Assembly: GCA_038153405.1 (NCBI GenBank)
Contig: JAYOYH010000070.1
Location: 2,632-19,214 of the forward strand
Direction: 5' to 3'
Source of the DNA: Gemmatimonadota bacterium
GTDB lineage: Bacteria; Latescibacterota; UBA2968; UBA8231
DNA: 16,583 nt
Made by a program: the position numbers and the translations under genes. Below are positions 7,902 to 15,534 of the stretch, piece after piece; position 1 is the stretch's first letter, and every line of letters starts with the position of its first letter. The notes below the pieces were generated by a model. That model ran no database searches, was not told where the DNA came from, and worked only from the letters and a program-made list of their open reading frames with translations.

Positions 7902-10415
7902 CTATTCGTCCCTCAACCTCTTTGGCGCTGCACCTTCATCAGCGTGTTGCACCCTCAATTCGCTTATGCGTTGGTCTAGCTCTGCCGCCTCTTTGGCCAA
8001 GCCTAGCCGCCTCGCTTCGCTCAGTAAGAGGTTCAGGTCGGTTCTTTTTTGCTCGTTGCTCAGCTGTGGATCCAGCGCTGCGGCAGCCCCAAGCAGTGCC
8101 AATCCCACAGCATAATCGCCCATACTAAAGGCTGTTTTTCCAGCTAGTTTATAGATCGGTTGCTGCGTGGCATCCAATTCGAGCGACGCCAGCCACCATT
8201 CTAATGCTTCTCGCTGGCTCTCTCTAAGAAAGGCCTGGGCCGCCAACGCGTTATAAAACTCGGCGCGTGGATCAACCTGCGCCGCTAGGCGATAAACCTC
8301 ACTGGCCATTTCATCCCATCCACCGCTTCCCAAGTGTCTGGCGATGGATGCATAGCTGTCGGCCAGTTGCACTTTCTGGTATGGGCGCATAAACGCGCGC
8401 TTGTCAACACCGTCCTTAAGTGCCATGATGGCCAAAGTAGGCAGGTCGAGCAAGAGAAGGCTTGTCGCCGACGCCCATGGGATATATTGCGCCATCAACT
8501 CAGTCTGTATATAGCCGCGATCGTAGTTGAGCATACTGCTCTCAACGCCTTCCTTATCTCCCATCTGCTGGTAGATGCCCGCTTTTATCAAAGCCGTTAG
8601 CAGCATGTCGGGATAGCGCTGCTCCAATGCCGCTGCACGCGCGGCCCATTGTTCGCTGCGTGCACCGCTGCGCCATTCGACAGATAGCGCCTTCAGCGCA
8701 TCGTCTGCACAGCGCTCGTCGAGTTCCATCTCACGCTGCCAGCGCTGCCAGTCTGCCGCGAGATCCTCCGTGCGCTGCAGCACCCACACACCGGGATGAT
8801 CAAAACCGTAAAACGATGGTTCGGCGCCCTCGCCAACAAATTTCCAGCGTCCCCAAGCCGGATCGACTTTGTCGCGGCGCACCGGCGTAAAGCCTAGTTC
8901 GCCCCGCAGCAGTCGCGCATAAAACTCGGAGAGTACTGGGTAGCGGTCAGGGGCGGCTGTGTATTGCACGTAGCGGTTGGCGTCCACGATCCAGATATAA
9001 TCGGCACCTGAGACGCGACTATAGAGATACTGGCGCCTAGCTTCGCAGAGCAAGTAGCCGCGCGTTCCAAAAATCCGGCTGCTATTTATGTATGACTTGC
9101 TATACGCTGCTCTACCTACAAATGCCCCGGTAGAAAAGCCGCCGTTTTCCACGGCGATGCGGCTGCCAGCGGGTGCGTTGGCGTATAACCAGCGCGCCGA
9201 CTGCAGACGGCTGTCATCCACCGCGTAGATACGCGCAAAGGCCACGCCATAGGCTGCCGTATAGCCCAGCACCCATGCCAAGAGCGCCAACGCGGGCCAG
9301 CGCCACCGACGGCGCAGCGCCTCTCCGGCCGCCGACGCCAGCAGCGCTAGGGCGGGCAGCAAGGGCAGCAGGTAGCGCACGTGCTTGGTGTGCAAGGGAC
9401 CGATACTGGCGAAGTAAAACACCGACCACAGCAGCAACAACGCGTGCGGCCAGCAGCGCCGCCACAGGGCATACCCCATGCCCACCAGCAGCGCACAGGT
9501 CATCGGCCAGCCGACGGCTTGGGGCCACAGCTGCGTCCAATAGTGGAGGTAGGGCGTCGTGTATAAGTCGAAGAGCGTCCATGGCTTTAGCACTTGGCCT
9601 CGCGCAACCTGCAGTGAATAGGCAAAATCGTCCGAGCTCTGCGCGTGCTGCATGAGCTCACTGTTGAAAAGTAGATAGGGTTGCAGAGACAGCAACACGA
9701 TCATTGCGACGAGCCCGGCCAGCCACAAATCTGCTCGGCGCAGACGCGCTAGCACGGCATTGGGACCATCTTTCATCGCATAGACGACAGCCAGCGCCAC
9801 GCCGCATAGCGCCCCATTAAGCCGGGTGGCCGTCGCCAAGCCGATGTAAAGGCCGCAGGCTAAATACCAACTGCGCCGTTCCGTGCTCAGCGCCTGCAGG
9901 CCGCAGGCCAACGCCGCTATGCTCAAAAAAACAAAGACTCCATCAACTGTATAGAAATGCGCCTGCTGTATGGCCAGCGGCGCACAGGCGACGGCCAGCG
10001 CGGCCCACAGGCCGACGCGCAATTTAAAGTGCGCCTTTCCAATCCACCATACGACGACTAAAGAGGCGATAGAAAACGCGATGGCCAGCAGGCGAACGAT
10101 GACAAATAATACCGGGCGCATTGCAGCTTCGTCGAACGAGATCTCGTCGCTAAAAAAAAGACCGACCACGCCCAGCGCAGCGCGGGCGGCTAGCATGGGA
10201 AAGACGCCGTAAGCCGTCAGCGGCGGATCGGTCGTGCTGTGCAATGCCAAGGCGGCGCGCAGCAGGGTCTCTTCGTCCGGATGAAATGTGTGGAATGCCG
10301 CGTAGTGCTCTCCACCCGGGGGGGAGTACTCAGCGTGGCCACGCGTCAGGCCCGTCAGGCGCAGCGCGGCGCCCAATAGCAATATTAGTAGGAGTAAAAT
10401 GTGTTCTCTGCGCAT
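7902..10415 (-). CDS. GT-C fold membrane glycosyltransferase (ArnT/PMT_2-like) with C-terminal TPR-like region
   Basis: First TM followed by FHPDE, QQAHFYTVDG, GLATATRL, RYLLPLLP; many TM helices; helical Ala-rich tail (AEFYNALA…EALEWW…SLELD). Start placed at ATG 10415 (MRREHILL; 837 aa) rather than 10514. Confidence 0.8.
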   Translation of the reverse strand: MRREHILLLLILLLGAALRLTGLTRGHAEYSPPGGEHYAAFHTFHPDEETLLRAALALHSTTDPPLTAYGVFPMLAARAALGVVGLFFSDEISFDEAAMRPVLFVIVRLLAIAFSIASLVVVWWIGKAHFKLRVGLWAALAVACAPLAIQQAHFYTVDGVFVFLSIAALACGLQALSTERRSWYLACGLYIGLATATRLNGALCGVALAVVYAMKDGPNAVLARLRRADLWLAGLVAMIVLLSLQPYLLFNSELMQHAQSSDDFAYSLQVARGQVLKPWTLFDLYTTPYLHYWTQLWPQAVGWPMTCALLVGMGYALWRRCWPHALLLLWSVFYFASIGPLHTKHVRYLLPLLPALALLASAAGEALRRRWRWPALALLAWVLGYTAAYGVAFARIYAVDDSRLQSARWLYANAPAGSRIAVENGGFSTGAFVGRAAYSKSYINSSRIFGTRGYLLCEARRQYLYSRVSGADYIWIVDANRYVQYTAAPDRYPVLSEFYARLLRGELGFTPVRRDKVDPAWGRWKFVGEGAEPSFYGFDHPGVWVLQRTEDLAADWQRWQREMELDERCADDALKALSVEWRSGARSEQWAARAAALEQRYPDMLLTALIKAGIYQQMGDKEGVESSMLNYDRGYIQTELMAQYIPWASATSLLLLDLPTLAIMALKDGVDKRAFMRPYQKVQLADSYASIARHLGSGGWDEMASEVYRLAAQVDPRAEFYNALAAQAFLRESQREALEWWLASLELDATQQPIYKLAGKTAFSMGDYAVGLALLGAAAALDPQLSNEQKRTDLNLLLSEARRLGLAKEAAELDQRISELRVQHADEGAAPKRLRDE

Positions 10416-10528
10416 TTCCTCATATTCCGCGTATCTGCTAATATATAGGGGACCACGCCTGGCATGCACCATTTGGTTCAGCGGGTGATGGTGGCTACTT
10501 TTGCAAGGTTGCACGCGAAATACTGCTT

Positions 10529-11413
10529 ATGACGACGACCACTTCTAGCGCATGGCGCGCCGACGCCCTGCTCTTGCTAACGGCCATTATCTGGGGCTTT
10601 GCCTTTGTCGCCCAGCGCCTGGGCATGGAGCACATCGGCCCGTTCTATTTCAACGGCGTGCGCTTTGCCCTCGGCACCCTGACGCTGCTGCCCTTTGTCG
10701 TGCGCAACAGCCGTGGAGCGCTGCGCACGGCCCTGGCCCGCACGGGTCCGGCGGCGGGGCTGGCTGGACTCGTGCTCTTTGCCGGTGCCTCACTGCAGCA
10801 AATCGGCATCGTCTATACCACGGCCGGCAAGGCCGGCTTTATCACGGGACTCTACGTGGTGCTCGTGCCCATCATGGGGCTATCCCTGGGCGCGCACACC
10901 CGCTGGAACACTTGGGCTGGCGCCCTAGCGGCAGCCTGCGGCCTGTACCTGCTCAGCGTGCAGCCACCGTTTTCCATCGGCCTAGGGGACAGCTTGGTCC
11001 TCATCAGCGCGCTATTTTGGGCCCTGCACGTGCTGCTGATCGGACGCATCGCCGGCCGGCACGATTGGGCACTGCTGGCCGCGGGACAATTCTTCACCTG
11101 CGCCCTGCTCAGCCTGGGCGTCGCCCTGTGTATTGAAGACGTTGCCCCACAGCGCATCGCCGACGCGGCTGCTCCCATTTTCTACGGCGGCGTGCTTTCG
11201 GTCGGCATCGCCTATACGCTGCAGGTCGTGGCACAGCGCAGAGCGCCGCCGGCCCACGCCGCCGTGATCCTCAGCCTCGAAGCCGTCTTTGCCGCGCTGG
11301 GTGGCTGGCTGCTACTCGACGAGCACTTATCGCCGCGCGGGCTAGTCGGCTGCATTCTAATGCTAGCCGGCATGCTCGTCTCGCAGTGGCGCGCCGGGGA
11401 TAACAGAGCCTAG
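10529..11413 (+). CDS. DMT/EamA family transporter
   Basis: 294 aa, ~10 TMs. IWGFAFVAQR, RFALG, AGKAGFITGLYVVLVP, GDSLVLISA, AYTLQVVAQ, ILSLEAVFA. Confidence 0.95.
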   Translation: MTTTTSSAWRADALLLLTAIIWGFAFVAQRLGMEHIGPFYFNGVRFALGTLTLLPFVVRNSRGALRTALARTGPAAGLAGLVLFAGASLQQIGIVYTTAGKAGFITGLYVVLVPIMGLSLGAHTRWNTWAGALAAACGLYLLSVQPPFSIGLGDSLVLISALFWALHVLLIGRIAGRHDWALLAAGQFFTCALLSLGVALCIEDVAPQRIADAAAPIFYGGVLSVGIAYTLQVVAQRRAPPAHAAVILSLEAVFAALGGWLLLDEHLSPRGLVGCILMLAGMLVSQWRAGDNRA

Positions 11414-12261
11414 TACGAGCGATTATCCGCCGCGTACTCAACGTTGCCGCCGGGCGGCCCGCCAATGGCCCACACGCCGCGAAAAAGCGTGCGGCGCCGC
11501 GGCGGCATCGCCTCTATCGCCTCGTCGTTCAGATTGAGCCGGTGCCACTGCGCCCAAATCGAATTGTAGCAGTTAAACACCGCGCAGCGCGGGTTGTCGG
11601 GGTTGGTCCAGTGATTGGCCGCGTGCACCAGGCTCTCACTGAAGATGACTACCGAACCGGGCGGACAGCTATAATCGTCCATCATCGCGCGCATAGATTC
11701 CTCCCACGGCGAACCGCCGATATTGGGCCGGTAGCGATCGGAGCCGCCGTAGTTAAAGTGCGCCTTGTGCGAACCACTGAGAAAAGACGTGGCACCCTGA
11801 CCGGACTTGACCTCTTCTAACTCCCAGACCACGCGCGTCAATCCGGAGAAAATCTTACCGCCGGCCACCTGGTAGCGCATCGCATTGGCCTGCTGCGGCG
11901 GGCGCACCACGTGCGGCATGCCGTTGTCGCTGCGCTCGCTGGTGTCCCATCCCGGCGGACGCACCGTCGTAAAGGAGCCCTCGCAGCGAAAGCTGTAGCA
12001 ATCGTCGCGCACAAAAGGTTCCTCTGCGAGAATTTCCGATAGAACACCGACGATAGCCGGATGGTCCAGCAGGCGCTGTAGGGAAGGGCCGTAGCTCTGC
12101 TTGGCACCGCCGTAGACCTCGGCCTTCATCTCCTCAAGTTCGCGCTCGTCCGTCAGAACAGCCGGCAGGAGAATCCAGCCGCGCAGGTCAAAGAAGAATT
12201 TCTGCTCTTCGCTCATGGGCACTGCGGGCGTGGCGTAGTCGCCCCGATCGTCTAGTTGCAT
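11410..12261 (-). CDS. Phytanoyl-CoA dioxygenase (PhyH)-family Fe(II)/2-oxoglutarate oxygenase-like protein
   Basis: EEQKFFFDLRGWILLPAVL, LLDHP, GATSFLSGSHK, PGSVVIFSESLVH…W…R motifs. SD AGGAGA upstream. Confidence 0.82.
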   Translation of the reverse strand: MQLDDRGDYATPAVPMSEEQKFFFDLRGWILLPAVLTDERELEEMKAEVYGGAKQSYGPSLQRLLDHPAIVGVLSEILAEEPFVRDDCYSFRCEGSFTTVRPPGWDTSERSDNGMPHVVRPPQQANAMRYQVAGGKIFSGLTRVVWELEEVKSGQGATSFLSGSHKAHFNYGGSDRYRPNIGGSPWEESMRAMMDDYSCPPGSVVIFSESLVHAANHWTNPDNPRCAVFNCYNSIWAQWHRLNLNDEAIEAMPPRRRTLFRGVWAIGGPPGGNVEYAADNRSY

Positions 12262-12323
12262 AGCATCTCTCCTGTCCAGTAAATGCGCTGAGCGCGTCTG
12301 TTTTCTTTGCTGGTATGCCGCCT

Positions 12324-12352
12324 AGTATAGCCTCTTGTCGCCCCGGCATCAA
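12324..12352 (-). promoter_or_regulatory. Sigma70-type promoter for the PhyH-like gene
   Basis: Minus strand TTGATG-17 nt-TATACT in the divergent intergenic region. Confidence 0.55.
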
Positions 12353-12405
12353 AAGCTGTTCTTTCTTAGCCCAAACAACAGACTACTCCAACCGAGGTGA
12401 ATCCC

Positions 12406-13242
12406 ATGAGCCGGCGGATCGGTTTCGTCGATTTTGACCTGAATAATTTTCACGCCGACGTCTATCTCAAGCTACTGCGCGGCGATCTGCAATCGCGCGG
12501 CTTTACCGTCGCCGGGGCCACAGCGCTTCAGGTCGAGCCAAGCAAAGCCTGGTGTGCCAACAACGGCGTGCCTTATTACGATGAAGTCGATGCACTCGAC
12601 GCACACGTCGATTGCTACGCCGTGCTGGCCCCTTCCAACCCAGAAGCGCACGAAGCGCTGTGTCAGCGCGTCTTTCCGCACGGCAAGCCGACCTACGTCG
12701 ATAAGACTTTTGCCCCCGACCTGTCTACCGCCGAGCGCATCTTTGCCCTGGCAGACCAGCACGGAGTGGCCATGCAAACGTCGTCGGCCCTGCGCTACAG
12801 CAACGTGCAGGAGCGCAGGGACCAATTGGAAAGCGACCTGCTGCACATCGTCACGTGGGGTGGCGGCTCTTCGTTTAGCGAGTATGCCATCCACCCGCTG
12901 GAACTGGCCATCAGCTGCATGGGCCCTGACGTAGAGCGCCTCTACCGGCGCGGCGCGGGCGAATGCGCTCAACTGCTACTCGACTTCCGCAACGACCGCA
13001 GCGCCGTCGTCAACGTCTATACGGGAGCCAGCACGCCCTTTGCCGCCGCGCTAACCACGGCCAAGGGCACCGACTACGTCGCCGTCGACAGCAGCGCGAT
13101 TTTTCGCAACACCGCCGCGGCCATGCTCGACCTGTTCGAAAGCGGCACTGCGGCCATCGACCGGCGCGAAACGCTGGCTATCCTCCGCGCGCTGGACGCC
13201 GCCAAGACGGATGCGGCGCGCGCGGGCTTTGTTTCCCTCTAG
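12406..13242 (+). CDS. Gfo/Idh/MocA-like oxidoreductase
   Basis: Rossmann-like N-terminus, VDCYAVLAPSNPEAH, GKPTYVDKTFA (EKP-equivalent), SSALRY, YAIHPLE. GAGGTG SD lies 6 nt before ATG 12406. Confidence 0.75.
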   Translation: MSRRIGFVDFDLNNFHADVYLKLLRGDLQSRGFTVAGATALQVEPSKAWCANNGVPYYDEVDALDAHVDCYAVLAPSNPEAHEALCQRVFPHGKPTYVDKTFAPDLSTAERIFALADQHGVAMQTSSALRYSNVQERRDQLESDLLHIVTWGGGSSFSEYAIHPLELAISCMGPDVERLYRRGAGECAQLLLDFRNDRSAVVNVYTGASTPFAAALTTAKGTDYVAVDSSAIFRNTAAAMLDLFESGTAAIDRRETLAILRALDAAKTDAARAGFVSL

Positions 13243-13278
13243 CATCCTGTTTGCAACGGCATAGATCGCGGAGCACCG

Positions 13279-13494
13279 ATGAGCGACCAACCAACCGATC
13301 GCTACAGCCGCGCCCTACCGCCCAACGACGGCGATATTTGGCGCATGGACTTTTCGCGCTTTAACCAGTATCGCGAAGCGCTGCCAGCCGACGACTCCGG
13401 CGCCTTTTTCTGGAGCCCGCACGGATCGCGCGACGCGCATATTCCCGAGTGCTTTCCCCTCATTCACTTCAGCCAAGAGCGGCTGCCGGGCTAG
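13279..13494 (+). pseudogene. Probable internally deleted remnant of a carbohydrate-binding family 9-like protein (71 aa)
   Basis: Good SD (GGAG) and ATG. Residues LPPNDGDIWRMDFSRFNQY…FWSPHGSRDAHIPECFPLIHFS resemble, from memory, the extreme C-terminus of CBM9-like proteins (P..GD.WR.NF.R…WSP…H.PE.F…F), which are normally several times longer. Confidence 0.6.
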
Positions 13495-13609
13495 GCCTAC
13501 CGCGAAGTTCACCCTATGCTGTATATTTGCCGCATTCGCATCCGTTGATCCTCGCATAGCGACCGCAAAAGCGTTCGCCGAACCCATTATTCTGGAAAGG
13601 CCCCCCGCT

Positions 13610-15409
13610 ACGAAACCGCTACGATTTCTCTACGGCTACGCCCGCCAATACGCCGGCGTTCTCACCATCACCGTCGTCAGTATGCTGCTCCTGGTCGGCG
13701 TGCAGCTGCTCATTCCGTGGATTATCAAAACCATGGTCGGCGCCATTACGGGAGTCGACGGCAATGTGCTGACTATGGAAAAGGTCACCGACCTGGCGCT
13801 GCTGGCCCTGCTCGTCTACGTGGCGCGCGCCTTTCTGCAGTTTCTGCGCAGCTATATGGCCCACGTAGCCGGCTGGGGCGTGGTCGCCGAAGCACGCAAG
13901 CTGATCTACGCGCACCTGCAGCGCCTATCGCTGCGCTTCTACGAGGATAAGCAGACGGGCCAGCTAATGTCGCGCGTGGTCAACGACTCCGACAAGTTCG
14001 AGCTGCTCATCGCCCACGCCATTCCCGACATCGCCGTCAACGTGCTGACGCTGATCAGCGTGACGGTCGTGCTCGTCAGCATGAACTGGCAGCTAACCCT
14101 GCTCAGCATGGTGCCCATTCCACTCATACTGGTTTCGCTGCGCCTATTTGCCCGCTACGTGCGACCGGCTTTCCGCGCGCGCCAGCAGGAACTGGGCGAA
14201 CTCAACGCCATTCTCAACGACAATATTTCCGGCATCCGCGAGATCAAAACCTTCACCCGCGAACATATTGAAACGCGCCGCATCGACGGGCGCATCGACC
14301 GCTATCGCGACTCGCTGCTGCACGCGCTCAAGATGATGGCCACCTTCCAGCCCTTTATTCAGTTTACCTCGGCGCTGGGCACCATTATCCTCATCTACTT
14401 TGGCGGCAAGCTGGCCTTTAATCATGTTCTTTCCGTGGCTGACCTGGTCGGCTTCTTCCTGTACCTAGAACTTTTCTACCAGCCACTACACCATCTCAGC
14501 GGCGCGTGGGAGCAGATCCAAGAAGCCTTGGCCAGTGCCGATCGCGTCACCGAGTTGCTCGACGAAATACCCGAGGTCGACGATGCGGCCGATGCTATTG
14601 CCCTGCCACTGCCCATTGGAGGTGCCATCCGCTTCAGCGGCGTGCGCTTTGGCTACATTCCGGAAGAGGCGGTGCTCGACAACGTCGACCTCGATATCGC
14701 CCCGCGCTCCACCGTAGCGCTCGTCGGTCCTACGGGCGTGGGCAAGACGACCCTGGCCGGGCTGATTCCGCGCTTTTACGACGTAGATGAGGGCAGCATC
14801 TCCATCGATGGCATCGACATCCGTCGCCTCTCGCTCGACAGCCTGCGCGGGCAGATCAGCATCGTGCTGCAAGATGTCTTTCTCTTTCACGGAACGGCGC
14901 GTGACAACATTCTATTTGGCCGCGCCGACGCCACCGAAGAAGAGGTCATCGCCGCCGCCCAGATCGCCAACGCGCACGACTTTATCAGCCAGCTGCCACA
15001 GGGCTATGACACCATTATCGGCGAGCGCGGTGTCAAGTTGTCGGGCGGTCAGAAACAGCGCTTATCTATCGCCCGGGCCGTGCTCAAGGACGCGCCGATT
15101 CTCATTTTAGATGAGGCCACTTCGTCGGTTGATACCGAGACCGAGCGGCTCATTCAGCAGGCCCTTGACCGGCTCATGCAGGGCAAGACGACGCTGGTCA
15201 TCGCCCACCGCTTGTCGACCATCCGCAACGCCGACCAGATCGTCGTGTTGGGCAACGGAGGCATTGCCGAGCGCGGCAATCACGACGACCTGATGGCGCA
15301 GCGCGGTCTCTACTGGCACCTCAATCAGGTGCAGCTGCAAGATCCCACGCTGGTGATTGAGGAGAGCGACGACGAGAATAGAGCCATGAGCGCGCGCATT
15401 CGCGCATAA
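13610..15409 (+). CDS. ABC exporter, fused permease/ATPase (MsbA/MdlB-like)
   Basis: 6-TM domain (HLQRLSLRFY, TGQLMSRV), Walker A GPTGVGKT, signature LSGGQKQR, ILILDEATSSVD, IAHRLST. The first in-frame ATG is 13682, but coding-like sequence extends to ACG at 13610 behind an SD. Confidence 0.93.
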   Translation, partial: TKPLRFLYGYARQYAGVLTITVVSMLLLVGVQLLIPWIIKTMVGAITGVDGNVLTMEKVTDLALLALLVYVARAFLQFLRSYMAHVAGWGVVAEARKLIYAHLQRLSLRFYEDKQTGQLMSRVVNDSDKFELLIAHAIPDIAVNVLTLISVTVVLVSMNWQLTLLSMVPIPLILVSLRLFARYVRPAFRARQQELGELNAILNDNISGIREIKTFTREHIETRRIDGRIDRYRDSLLHALKMMATFQPFIQFTSALGTIILIYFGGKLAFNHVLSVADLVGFFLYLELFYQPLHHLSGAWEQIQEALASADRVTELLDEIPEVDDAADAIALPLPIGGAIRFSGVRFGYIPEEAVLDNVDLDIAPRSTVALVGPTGVGKTTLAGLIPRFYDVDEGSISIDGIDIRRLSLDSLRGQISIVLQDVFLFHGTARDNILFGRADATEEEVIAAAQIANAHDFISQLPQGYDTIIGERGVKLSGGQKQRLSIARAVLKDAPILILDEATSSVDTETERLIQQALDRLMQGKTTLVIAHRLSTIRNADQIVVLGNGGIAERGNHDDLMAQRGLYWHLNQVQLQDPTLVIEESDDENRAMSARIRA

Positions 15410-15430
15410 GCGCGTATTGCACGGAAACAT

Positions 15431-15469
15431 AAAAAGAGGAGGCTACCTGTAGGACAGCCTCCTCTTTTT
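15431..15469. terminator. Rho-independent, potentially bidirectional terminator
   Basis: AAAAAGAGGAGGCT (15431-15444) and AGCCTCCTCTTTTT (15456-15469) form a perfect 14-bp inverted repeat with an 11-nt loop and flanking A/T tracts, just downstream of the ABC stop. Confidence 0.9.
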
Positions 15470-15534
15470 CTATATCCTCGCCCGGTCGCACAGTCCGTAT
15501 ATTACTCGCGTCACGCTTCCGACAGGAGAGATCC

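Noticed and set aside
7810..8128. Plus-strand ORFs 7810-8115 and 7865-8128
   Set aside because: Antisense to the GT gene end and overlapping the enhancer region; no SD or motifs.
10152..10324. A8 (10152-10159) and G7 (10318-10324) homopolymers near the 5' end of the glycosyltransferase as phase-variation tracts
   Set aside because: Tracts are short and the frame is intact; no support without read-level length variation.
10416..10514. N-terminal extension of the GT ORF to 10514 and sigma54-like fragments (TGGCAT, TTGCA) in this intergenic region
   Set aside because: The extension is not protein-like and would leave only 14 nt for two divergent promoters. The GG-GC spacings are not the required 10 nt.
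15431..15469. Hairpin as a riboswitch or attenuator for the PL2 gene
   Set aside because: It sits right after the ABC stop and upstream of a separate candidate -10 box (15498-15503), so a plain terminator explains it.
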